Below are positions 29,103-37,975 of a stretch of DNA of 64,000 bases, one piece after another. Numbering within the stretch: position 1 is the stretch's first letter; every line of letters begins with the position of its first letter. The notes under the pieces were generated by a model. That model was given only the letters and a program-made list of their open reading frames with translations, searched no databases and was not told the origin of the DNA. Position numbers and translations under genes: made by a program. Source of the stretch: Proteobacteria bacterium bin106 (GTDB taxonomy: Bacteria; Bdellovibrionota_B; Oligoflexia; Oligoflexales; Bin106); NCBI GenBank assembly GCA_002238945.1, contig MPNI01000010.1, forward strand, positions 971-64,970, in the 5' to 3' direction.

Positions 29103-30266
29103 ATGCATATACATGAGTATCAAGCAAAGGAATTGCTTGCTCAATTCTCTCTTCCTGTGGCTAAGGGGTATTTTGCAACATCTGTTATGGAAGTGGAGTT
29201 TGCTTATCGTAGGTTAGCTACTCCTGTGGCTGTGATCAAAGCCCAGGTTCATGCAGGGGGACGTGGTCAAGGTGGTGGTGTCAAATTAGTGCGTTCAGCT
29301 CAGGAGGCTGCAGCTGTGGCTTCTGCCATGCTCGGTTCAACTCTTGTAACCCAACAAACCGGTGAAAAGGGCAAGGTTGTGCACGGTGTATATGTGGAGG
29401 CAGGTTGTGATATTAGCCATGAATATTATCTATCTTTGTTGGTGGATAGATCTCAAGCCAAGGTGGCTTTGTTGTTTTCTAAAGAAGGTGGCATGAATAT
29501 TGAGGAGGTAGCTGAAAAGTCTCCTGAAAAATTGATCAAGTTGTACTTAGATTATGATAGGGGATTTCGTCCGTATCACAGTCAGCAGTTAAGAGATAGG
29601 GCAGTTATAGACAAAACAGAAATGCCCTCTTTAGTGGCTGTGATTAAGGGATTGTTTGAGGTGTTTAAGCGTTATGACTGTCAGTTGATTGAAATCAATC
29701 CATTGTGTGTTCTCAAAGATGGTCGGCTTTTAGTGTTGGATGCTAAGTTTGATTTTGATGATAATGCTGTGGCTAAGCATGAAAAGATTTTATCGTATAG
29801 AGATTTTAAAGAAGAAGATCCTAGTGAGGTTGAGGCTTCAAAGTATGGGCTTTCTTATGTGGGTCTTGATGGCAGTATTGGTTGTTTGGTAAATGGTGCT
29901 GGTTTGGCTATGGCAACGATGGATATCATCAAGCTTCATGGTGGTGAACCTTTGAATTTTCTTGATGTGGGTGGTGGTGCAACCAGTGATCAGGTTAAGC
30001 AAGCGTTTCGGTTGATTTTGCGTGAAAAGAAACTTCGTGCCATTTTTGTCAATATTTTTGGAGGCATTATGCATTGTGATGTGATTGCCAAGGGTATTGT
30101 GGAGGCTTCTAAAGAATGCGGTGGCATTGATGTTCCTTTAGTGATTCGTCTTGAAGGAACCCGTGTGGAAGAGGGTCGTAAGATTCTTGCAGCCTCAGGT
30201 ATGAACATTGCTTTAGCTAGCTCCATGTCTGAGGGAGCTCAAAAGGTGGTTGAGCTCGCTCGATGA
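29103..30266 (+). CDS. sucC: Succinyl-CoA synthetase beta subunit
   Basis: MHIHEYQAKELL start, ATP-grasp QVHAGGRG, GCLVNGAGLAMATMD, NIFGGIMHCD. Confidence 0.96.
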   Translation: MHIHEYQAKELLAQFSLPVAKGYFATSVMEVEFAYRRLATPVAVIKAQVHAGGRGQGGGVKLVRSAQEAAAVASAMLGSTLVTQQTGEKGKVVHGVYVEAGCDISHEYYLSLLVDRSQAKVALLFSKEGGMNIEEVAEKSPEKLIKLYLDYDRGFRPYHSQQLRDRAVIDKTEMPSLVAVIKGLFEVFKRYDCQLIEINPLCVLKDGRLLVLDAKFDFDDNAVAKHEKILSYRDFKEEDPSEVEASKYGLSYVGLDGSIGCLVNGAGLAMATMDIIKLHGGEPLNFLDVGGGATSDQVKQAFRLILREKKLRAIFVNIFGGIMHCDVIAKGIVEASKECGGIDVPLVIRLEGTRVEEGRKILAASGMNIALASSMSEGAQKVVELAR

Positions 30267-30325
30267 ATATCAATATGCATATCAGTATCTGGTTTTACAA
30301 TTTCTGTTCGAATGTTTAAAGAGGG

Positions 30326-31213
30326 GTGAGTGTGAATCTTCTTGTGGATGAGAATTGTCGTGTGATCACTCAAGGTATAACGGGTAAAAGTGGTCTTTTT
30401 CATACAGTGCAGTCTCATGATTACGCTAAACGTTTTGTGGGTGGTGTCACTCCTGGTAAAGGTGGTCAAACCATTGAGGGCTTCAGTGTATTTAATACGG
30501 TGATGGCAGCAAAAGCCAGTACTGGTGCTAATGCATCGATGGTCTTTGTTCCTCCGTTATTTGCTAAAGATGCATTGCTTGAGGCTATTGAAGCAGAAAT
30601 TGAGTTGATTGTATGTATCAGTGAGGGCATTCCTGTTGCAGATATGCTTATTGTAAAACAGGCTTTAAGGGGATCGAAGTCGCGTTTGATCGGGCCGAAT
30701 TGTCCGGGGATTATTCGTCCAGGCGTTGCAAAAATTGGTATTATGCCAGGCTATATTCATAAGCCAGGCCGAGTGGCTATCGTTTCTAAATCCGGTACCT
30801 TGACTTATGAAGCTGTTGGTCAAACCACAGCTTTGGGTTTAGGCCAATCTTTGTGTGTAGGCATTGGTGGTGATCCTATCATTGGCACGGATTTTTTGGA
30901 CGTGTTACCTCTTTTGGATGCTGATCCAGGTACGGAAGCCATTGTGATGATTGGAGAGATTGGTGGTGAATTAGAAATTGAAGCAGCTGCCTATATCAAG
31001 GATCATATTCATAAGCCAGTGGTGGGGTTTATTGCAGGACAAACAGCTCCTAAGGGCAAACGCATGGGCCATGCAGGTGCTATTGTTTCCGGTTCTTCTG
31101 GAAGTGCTCAAGAAAAAATAGCTGCTTTGCAAAAAGCTGGGGTGGTAGTGGCTATGTCTCCTGCTGATATTGGCAAGGTCACAGCTGAGGTTTTAGGTAA
31201 GGGTGTGTCTTAG
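30326..31213 (+). CDS. sucD: Succinyl-CoA synthetase alpha subunit
   Basis: [17 protein letters not shown], phosphohistidine loop [11 protein letters not shown] start with AGAGGGG upstream. Confidence 0.96.
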   Translation: MSVNLLVDENCRVITQGITGKSGLFHTVQSHDYAKRFVGGVTPGKGGQTIEGFSVFNTVMAAKASTGANASMVFVPPLFAKDALLEAIEAEIELIVCISEGIPVADMLIVKQALRGSKSRLIGPNCPGIIRPGVAKIGIMPGYIHKPGRVAIVSKSGTLTYEAVGQTTALGLGQSLCVGIGGDPIIGTDFLDVLPLLDADPGTEAIVMIGEIGGELEIEAAAYIKDHIHKPVVGFIAGQTAPKGKRMGHAGAIVSGSSGSAQEKIAALQKAGVVVAMSPADIGKVTAEVLGKGVS

Positions 31214-31285
31214 ATGTCTTACAGAATGACTTGGATAACTCAAGTCAACAAGGTTAGAAGATAACTTGAGAATCGAGGTGTATGG

Positions 31286-32329
31286 ATGCAAAATCTATCT
31301 CTTCAATTTCCTCCTAGTTTGTTAGAACGGCAGCGTTTGGTGCGTCCTAAAAGTTATTTTCAAACCGGTGGTGTTTGTCGGGGTATCTTTGAGCCAAAGA
31401 ATGTTTCTGAGTTATCGCATACTTTAAGGTGGTTTTCTGAGTGTGGTTATCCGTATTTTGTTTTAGGTGCTGGTAGCAATTCTTTGATCAGTGATCTCTC
31501 TTATAAGGGGTATGTGTTATCTATGGCTGGTCTCAATGCTCTTTCCTCTCCTTTGCCAAACACAGTGGCGTGTGGTGCTGGTGTTCCTAATTACTCGGTT
31601 ACAGAATACGCAGCTTCTCAGAATTTGAGTGGGTTGGAGTGGATGCATTGTCTTCCTGGACAAATTGGTGCAACAACCCGTATGAATGCACGTTGTTATG
31701 GATCTGAGATTTCTGAAGTGGTATATACCATCATCACAGTCACAGCAACGGGAGAGCTTCGTCATTATGATGCAAATGATGATGTATTTCATGGTTATAA
31801 AGACACGATCTTTATGAGCAACGGAGAGGTGATTGCTGAGGTTTTGTTGTATTTGCCTGTATCAAAGCCCATTGAAGAGATATGTGCAACTATGGAAAAG
31901 TATCGCTTAGATCGTCGGGCAAAGAAACAGTTTAGCTACCCGAGTTGTGGCTGTGTATTTAAAAACGATTATTCAGAGGATGTGGGAGTAGCAGCAGGGT
32001 TCTTGTTGGATAAAGCTGGAGCAAAATCATTGTCTTACGGTTCAGCGGAGGGCAAGGCCTGGGTTAGTCCTTATCATGGCAATTTTATTTTTCATAAAGG
32101 TGAAGCTTTATCAGAAGATATCATTCAACTCAGTTTAGCTATGCGTGAGCGGGTGTTTTCTTATTGTGGGGTATGGCTTGCTTATGAAATGGAGTTTTTA
32201 GGAGATTTTCCACCAGCATTATGGCAGAAGGTGAAGGAAGAAAGGCCTTTGGATAAAGCTCCTGGCAAACTTGCGGCTTTGAGAGCGGCTCAAAAAGAGT
32301 TTCGTTTGAGATCGTCAAACAGCTTATAA
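31286..32329 (+). CDS. murB: UDP-N-acetylenolpyruvoylglucosamine reductase
   Basis: FAD-binding region FVLGAGSNSL and C-terminal MurB domain (SCGCVFKN). Confidence 0.88.
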   Translation: MQNLSLQFPPSLLERQRLVRPKSYFQTGGVCRGIFEPKNVSELSHTLRWFSECGYPYFVLGAGSNSLISDLSYKGYVLSMAGLNALSSPLPNTVACGAGVPNYSVTEYAASQNLSGLEWMHCLPGQIGATTRMNARCYGSEISEVVYTIITVTATGELRHYDANDDVFHGYKDTIFMSNGEVIAEVLLYLPVSKPIEEICATMEKYRLDRRAKKQFSYPSCGCVFKNDYSEDVGVAAGFLLDKAGAKSLSYGSAEGKAWVSPYHGNFIFHKGEALSEDIIQLSLAMRERVFSYCGVWLAYEMEFLGDFPPALWQKVKEERPLDKAPGKLAALRAAQKEFRLRSSNSL

Positions 32330-32415
32330 TATGATAAATAATATGATCGAAAATGCCGATTACGCCTCCTTAGAAAATTTTGGAATATGGTAGTTTAGGA
32401 TATAAAATAATTTTC

Positions 32416-32443
32416 TTGACTTTGGCTTATCATTGACTATACA
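32416..32443 (+). promoter_or_regulatory. Candidate sigma70 promoter upstream of the dksA-like gene
   Basis: TTGACT (32416-32421), a 16-nt spacer, TATACA (32438-32443). Confidence 0.35.
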
Positions 32444-32640
32444 TTAGCCAGTAAAAAAGTGGGTCGTGGTATTGTGGATATAGATTATGGATGTGGATAA
32501 TTATAACTCATAAAGAGATATACATATATACATTTATAAGTATAAGGATATAAGGAATTAAGCTAGCCAAAGACTAGCCAAAGAAAAAATGAAAGTTTAA
32601 AACAGGGGAAGGTTGAGGACAAAGAAGAGAAAGTCAGGTC

Positions 32641-33246
32641 ATGGGCACACAGAATATGAGTACAGACAAGCCAAAAGCCGATATGGAGGCTTTAAAGCCG
32701 CAAGTAAAATCAGAATCATCATCTTCTCGCCAGGCAGCTGGAACATCCACTGTAATGAGTCCATCTGCTGCCAGTGCATCAGCTAAAGGTGCATCAGCTA
32801 AAGGTGCATCAGCTAAAGGTGCATCAGCTAAAGGTGCATCAGCTAAAAAAATCATTTTAGATGATTATGAAGTTGGTCAGTCAGATATTTTTAAGCCTAG
32901 TGAGATGAGGGCATTTTTAAAAGTTTTGGTAGAGAAAAAGGATGAACTCCTTGCTAAATCCAAAGCTCGGATTGAAAGAGGTGAGATTGTTCTTGATGCC
33001 AATGAGATGTCTGATGAGGTGGATCTTGCTTCAGCTGATGTGGAGCAGGGATTATTGTTAAGTTTGTTGGAGCGTGATCGTAGACTGGTTGCTTTGATCA
33101 ATCGTGCTATTGAAAAGATTGCCACGGGTGAGTACGGTTATTGTGAAGGAACGGGAGAAGAGATTCCTAAAAAACGTCTCGAAATAACCCCCTGGACCCG
33201 TTATAGTGTACGCTATCAAGAGCAACAAGAGAAGTTGAAGAGATAG
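32641..33246 (+). CDS. dksA: DksA/TraR-family RNA polymerase-binding protein with a degenerate zinc finger and a repeat-bearing N-terminal extension
   Basis: Coiled-coil tip DEVDLASADVE (cf. DxxDxA) and C-terminus GEYGYCEGTGEEIPKKRLEITPWTRYSVRY. This aligns to CxxC-N17-CxxC of E. coli DksA, but only the first Cys is retained. Confidence 0.8.
   Translation: MGTQNMSTDKPKADMEALKPQVKSESSSSRQAAGTSTVMSPSAASASAKGASAKGASAKGASAKGASAKKIILDDYEVGQSDIFKPSEMRAFLKVLVEKKDELLAKSKARIERGEIVLDANEMSDEVDLASADVEQGLLLSLLERDRRLVALINRAIEKIATGEYGYCEGTGEEIPKKRLEITPWTRYSVRYQEQQEKLKR
32776..32850. repeat. In-frame 15-bp tandem repeat gcatcagctaaaggt x5 (last copy degenerate) encoding ASAKG x4 + ASAKK
   Basis: Direct reading; four perfect copies. 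Confidence 0.95.
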
Positions 33247-33277
33247 TTCAAACATATTCTTAACATTGGAAGATTTG

Positions 33278-33778
33278 ATGATAGCTTCATGGATACACCA
33301 GCTTAGGCTGCATGCTTGTGCGAACCTATTTGCTGTGGTTGTAGCGGTGTTTTTGAGTACTTCTTGTGCCATGGAAGCATCGGACATTGATGCTCTTACC
33401 ATTCCTTTGTTTAAAAAATCTTTATTCAGTCCACTCAAGCATGTGTCTGTGAAGCAAGTGCATCTTGAACAGTCCAAACTTCAAGGAGAAACCTTGTTGT
33501 TAAGTGGCTATGTGTTGGAGGTGGGTGAGCATAATACGTATTTTGTACTTTCTCAAGGTATGCGTAGGTTGTTGGTGTTGCAGGTGGATATCACCAATTA
33601 TCGTCACCGTGTTCACGTAGGTCATCTTGGTCATTTGGTGAATGTGATGGGTGAGTTGAAGTCGGCTAAAAAAGGGTTGCCTTCGTTGTATGCTTCTGTT
33701 GTGGATGTTAAGAGATCTAAAGACACCCCTACTTATGCTTCTCATCGGTCTAAGATATCTCCCGATCAAAGTTATTGA
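33278..33778 (+). CDS. Hypothetical lipoprotein
   Basis: Signal peptide plus lipobox LSTSC. No domain recognised. TTG 33266 is an alternative start. Confidence 0.45.
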   Translation: MIASWIHQLRLHACANLFAVVVAVFLSTSCAMEASDIDALTIPLFKKSLFSPLKHVSVKQVHLEQSKLQGETLLLSGYVLEVGEHNTYFVLSQGMRRLLVLQVDITNYRHRVHVGHLGHLVNVMGELKSAKKGLPSLYASVVDVKRSKDTPTYASHRSKISPDQSY

Positions 33779-33884
33779 TAGTGCTTGTGTTGTCAGTATT
33801 CCGTCTTATTGTATGACAGTATTACAGCATACGACTTATGTGTAAGTTGGCTATGTTGATGTTTCTTTTTCTTAAGAGGTAAGA

Positions 33885-34646
33885 GTGGTGATACAACTCT
33901 TTGAGCGTTGGCTTGAGCGTTGGCGTCGCCATCGTGAGAAAGGTTATGAAAAGCGAGTGAATGCTTACGCTAAGGTTATTCGCAAGGATAATGTTCATAA
34001 GCAAGAGAGAAAAGCGGCTATTGATTTTTTTTGCATGCTAGAAGATTCTTCCATAGCGGTATTGCATCTGTTGAAACGGTTTGATTTTTCTGATGAAAAT
34101 TCCATTGTGGATTCTAAAGAAAAAGAAGCTGCCTTGGCTGGAATCATCTCTCATGGTCAAGATGCTATACCTATTATCAAAGATTATTTACATAAAACGG
34201 AGCGTATTGCTTGGCCGCTGAAAGCTTTGTTAAAACTAGCTGGTGAAGAAGAGGTGGTATCTGCGTTGGATGCTTGTTTGGATCTTGGCAAAGTGGATTT
34301 TGATCAAAGTAAGGTGGAGAAGAATTTTGATGTTTTATGTCACTTTCTTGATTATGAGCATATTCCCAATTTGGCAAACATTGCTCATTTTATCGATGAT
34401 CGTGATGAGCGTATTCGTTATGCAGCTGTAGAGATCGTCACCGAAAAAGGTGGCAAGGAGTATTTATCTAAGTTAGAACCTTATATCTTTGATGAATTAG
34501 CAGAGAACACGCGTATTCGAAATGTGGTACTTGAAGCGTATGTTCGTCATAAATGGCTCATTAAAGATCTTGATCGTATCTCTTCTCTAAAAATTCCTGG
34601 TTATTCCTTATCATCTAAGGGTTTGGTTACCAAAGTGTCAGGTTAG
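33885..34646 (+). CDS. HEAT-repeat-like protein
   Basis: 253 aa, helical, with DDRDERIRYAAVEIV resembling HEAT/PBS-lyase repeats. GTG start. Confidence 0.45.
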   Translation: MVIQLFERWLERWRRHREKGYEKRVNAYAKVIRKDNVHKQERKAAIDFFCMLEDSSIAVLHLLKRFDFSDENSIVDSKEKEAALAGIISHGQDAIPIIKDYLHKTERIAWPLKALLKLAGEEEVVSALDACLDLGKVDFDQSKVEKNFDVLCHFLDYEHIPNLANIAHFIDDRDERIRYAAVEIVTEKGGKEYLSKLEPYIFDELAENTRIRNVVLEAYVRHKWLIKDLDRISSLKIPGYSLSSKGLVTKVSG

Positions 34647-34843
34647 TTTGAGATGATGTATTTTGCAGTGTTTTGTGTTATCAAAGCACTGTTAAAGCCA
34701 GCAGAGATTTATTTAAGAAAAAAATGGATCTTTCTTAGAGTATTTGTTAGTCTCCTTTGCAGCATGGTTGCTGGGGTGGTGGCACTTTGATGTTAGCTAC
34801 AAACCATGATTTATTTTCTAGTTGATTTTTGTATTGAGGTCTT

Positions 34844-35716
34844 ATGAAAAAATATAATGGGTTTTGTTGGTTTTTTTGCAGTTGTGTTCTTTTTCTGAAC
34901 TTTGCTTGTGGTGAGAACAAAACAGAGATGATGGTTGAAAATCCATCAAAATTATCTGTGTTAATGACGGAGCAATACACCATTCAGTTTAAACAAAAGA
35001 ATGTAGGTAATAAGGAGGTTTATTTTTTTGAGGTATGTCTCAATAGTGAGCCATTTAGATCTTCTAAAAAAAGTTGTGTGAATGCTTTTAGAAGAAAAGA
35101 TAAAGAGCTTACTTTTGAGCACGTTCTTTATGATGGATTCGATGAGCATTTCAGAAGTACGGTAAAATATTATGGTGACGATGATTTTTATTTAGAAGCT
35201 GTGCCGGTTATTGCCTCTTTAGTTATGGCAAGTCCTATCCATTTTTTATCGCAGTTTGTTGATCTTGGTGCAAAGCTTAATGGACCAAGTGCTGGTGTTG
35301 TGAAAAAAAGCCTTCTTGGAGTTATTCTTGCAACAGGAGCCGTAACGTATTTTGCCACGAAATCTTATTATATAAATAAACAGAAAAAAGACCTATCACA
35401 AGCTCAAATAGATCTTACTCTATCTCCAAATAAGCCAAAAATACGTGTTAGTTTAGATCAATCAAGTAGTTTACGAAGCAGTGTTTTTCAACTGTCAGCT
35501 ATTTCTCAGCGCTCTTTGGTTAAGACTTATGATGAGATGTCTGTGATTCTTTCAAGCTTAGGTGCTTTTTTAAAAGCTTGGGGGGTGGTCACTGAAGATG
35601 AACTGCAGTATTACTGCTTACCTGTTATTGATGCATATGCAGCCATTGTGTCTTCTCAGTGTGATGCTATTGGCAGCTCTCAGTTATCTGAGTGGTTGGA
35701 TGCACAACCTCAATGA
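34844..35716 (+). CDS. Hypothetical lipoprotein (paralogue of 25596..26603)
   Basis: Lipobox NFACGE. Shared blocks VYFFE, GVILATGAVTYFATKSYYINKQKK and a C-terminal YYCL...C. Confidence 0.5.
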   Translation: MKKYNGFCWFFCSCVLFLNFACGENKTEMMVENPSKLSVLMTEQYTIQFKQKNVGNKEVYFFEVCLNSEPFRSSKKSCVNAFRRKDKELTFEHVLYDGFDEHFRSTVKYYGDDDFYLEAVPVIASLVMASPIHFLSQFVDLGAKLNGPSAGVVKKSLLGVILATGAVTYFATKSYYINKQKKDLSQAQIDLTLSPNKPKIRVSLDQSSSLRSSVFQLSAISQRSLVKTYDEMSVILSSLGAFLKAWGVVTEDELQYYCLPVIDAYAAIVSSQCDAIGSSQLSEWLDAQPQ

Positions 35717-35848
35717 TATAGAACATTCTGTAGTAGTTGCTATAAAGCTCTAAATATCACTACGATTTTGGCTAGATTTCGGCTATGGTTTTTAAAGTTT
35801 TAAAAATCCATTTTAGAAGTGATATCTCTGTAAATATCGGTTTTGGGT

Positions 35849-37273
35849 TTATGGTGAGTTTTCATCTGATGTATAGATCACTTCAATAGACGTATCTTCT
35901 TTTTCTTCTTGAGGTAAGACATCACTGTTAAAGGTGATGGTATTTCCTTCCACAGTGTAGTTGCTGGAGGCTATTTCTTGGCCATTGATGAACACACTGG
36001 AAATGGAAGAAGCACTGTATTCTAGAGTGTATTGAGGTTTCACAGATTGCACTACAGATCTAACCATAAAGTCAAAATAGTTGCTCCAGTCTTGTTTGCA
36101 AATATCAAATAGAGCACCTGCAATATAGTTTCTGATGAGGTCGTAGTAGACTTCACCATCCATACGTACGTTTTGAGCACAGGCCTTTTCGGTATCTTTG
36201 GAAGCTATTTGGACGAAGTTCTCTTGGCGTTGTATAGCTGTGTTGGGGATTCCCACAAAGCCAAAAAAACGCACAGTGTTTAGATCAAAATTTTTCTCAA
36301 GATCTGTGACAAATGACCTTGAAGAATAATCAAGAGAATCTTCATCACTTACCATAATGAACACTTTGAGAGAAGACTCTCTAAAGAAGCTTTTACCATC
36401 TGCGAGAACTCTTCCCGAGTTGTCAACCAGTTGGCCGTTGATGTAGTCAGAAGCTAGCACTAAGCCATTGTATGATCGCACTCTTCTATTGATCTTTATC
36501 ACGGGATTTGAAGTAGGGATTTGAATATGGCTTAGAGGCGCGCTAGAATCATCCAATCCAGGATCAAAAGAGGAAAGAATTCCTACCTTGGCCTTGGTAT
36601 ATCTTGAGATATGATCCATAAAACGCATGAGATTATTTTGTACTTGTGCAATCTCGTAGCTCATAGAATAGCTGTTATCAATAATAATCAATACATCCAC
36701 AGGTTTTTCAACGGTATCAAAGACGATGTTAAACGTTTGCGTCACACGTTTAGGCGGTGTTGGCTCTGGAGCTGGAGGTACGTATGTAATAACGGTTTCT
36801 GGACTGTTTGATCGCATGTCTTCACTGGGCTTTTCTTCTATAACCGTAGGGGCAGGAGCACGAACTACCACTGGGGGTTTCTCAACCACCTCTTCAACTT
36901 CGTCTGCCTCCTCTACTTCTTCTGTCTCCTCTATTACCTCTACTTCTTCTGCTACCTCTTCAGGTTCAGGTTTTTCTTCCACTTCTTCTGGCTCTTCTGC
37001 TGCTGCTTCCACAGGTTCTGCAGCAGGTTTTTCGGGAACTTTTTCTTCTACGGCAGGAGGAGGCGGATCTTCTGTTTCGGTATTGCCATACTCGGTTCTT
37101 TCCTCACGGCGTGGTTCGTTACCACTTAAAAATTCTGCAGATCCACATTGCGTTATACCAGCAGTGATGAAAAGCAATACTAAGGGTTTAGATATAATCC
37201 CAATCAAGTTATGTGCACTCATGAGCCCCTCGTTGTGTTGATGATGAGTTTTAGGATGTTTGCTACGATACAT
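35849..37273 (-). CDS. vWA-domain lipoprotein with an acidic Glu/Pro/Val-rich linker
   Basis: MIDAS-like VLIIIDNSYSMS (DxSxS). N-terminal signal with Cys (ITQCGS). An alternative start is Met 37222. Confidence 0.65.
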   Translation of the reverse strand: MYRSKHPKTHHQHNEGLMSAHNLIGIISKPLVLLFITAGITQCGSAEFLSGNEPRREERTEYGNTETEDPPPPAVEEKVPEKPAAEPVEAAAEEPEEVEEKPEPEEVAEEVEVIEETEEVEEADEVEEVVEKPPVVVRAPAPTVIEEKPSEDMRSNSPETVITYVPPAPEPTPPKRVTQTFNIVFDTVEKPVDVLIIIDNSYSMSYEIAQVQNNLMRFMDHISRYTKAKVGILSSFDPGLDDSSAPLSHIQIPTSNPVIKINRRVRSYNGLVLASDYINGQLVDNSGRVLADGKSFFRESSLKVFIMVSDEDSLDYSSRSFVTDLEKNFDLNTVRFFGFVGIPNTAIQRQENFVQIASKDTEKACAQNVRMDGEVYYDLIRNYIAGALFDICKQDWSNYFDFMVRSVVQSVKPQYTLEYSASSISSVFINGQEIASSNYTVEGNTITFNSDVLPQEEKEDTSIEVIYTSDENSP

Positions 37274-37698
37274 GTGATGATACGAAACAAATGTGTGAAT
37301 GTGAACACATATTAAAAAAATAAAAAATAATAAAGAAGAGCTGTGTGGTTAAATGGTTGATAGATATACCAAGCTGTTTTGAGTTTTATATGGTTTTATA
37401 TACTTGTAACGTGTTCTATATGCTCGTTTTGCTGTGTTTTTTACTGTGTTACTTGCTGTACTTTGCTGTGCTTTGCTGTGCTTTTTGTTGCTGTACTGCG
37501 CGATAGCTTTACGTGAGAGTCCTACTCGCTTGTTTGCGATGTCTGCATCCTCTATTTGCCGTAGTCACGTTAGATAGTGTGGACTGCTACGTGAAGCTTA
37601 AGGTCTAGCCGTTAAAAACTTAATGCAATTTTAGCATAGTCGACTTGTGCTAAACAACTCACTATCTTTTTTCCATCAAAACCCAACGCTATATTTTA

Positions 37699-37741
37699 TA
37701 GCTGTATGAATAGCTGTATGAATAGCTGTATGAGCTGTATG
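37699..37741. repeat. 12-bp tandem repeat tagctgtatgaa x3 plus a truncated copy
   Basis: Direct reading. Confidence 0.9.
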
Positions 37742-37975
37742 TTTTGTGTGGCTCGTTTAAGTGCTAAAAGAACACTGATCTTTATCACACATTAAAGGAT
37801 GGATTTAGTGTTCTTTAGTGTTCGGCTGTTTGCACGTCATGTCTTTGCTATCTATACCTTAAGCTTTGTTTATGGTTTATCATCCTATGAGTTCTATTGT
37901 TGTTATCTGATCAAACAATCAGCTAATGAGCTTATCGGTTGAAGAGTCTTTTGAAGTTAAAAAGAATATGGATCA

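Noticed and set aside
32634-32855. Minus-strand ORF encoding LADAP repeats
   Set aside because: It is an antisense shadow of the ASAKG 15-bp array in the dksA-like gene. The DksA frame has clear homology.
36726-37241. A 171-aa plus-strand ORF rich in Ser/Thr/Gly
   Set aside because: It is a shadow ORF antisense to the Glu/Pro/Val-rich linker of the vWA lipoprotein gene. Its low-complexity composition mirrors that linker.
37631-37653. A CIRCE-like inverted repeat (TTAGCA-N11-TGCTAA)
   Set aside because: It lacks the inner CTC/GAG of the CIRCE consensus TTAGCACTC-N9-GAGTGCTAA, and the spacing differs. It lies between leuS and a vWA lipoprotein gene, not upstream of a heat-shock gene. No CIRCE or clear sigma32 promoter was seen upstream of grpE or lon either.
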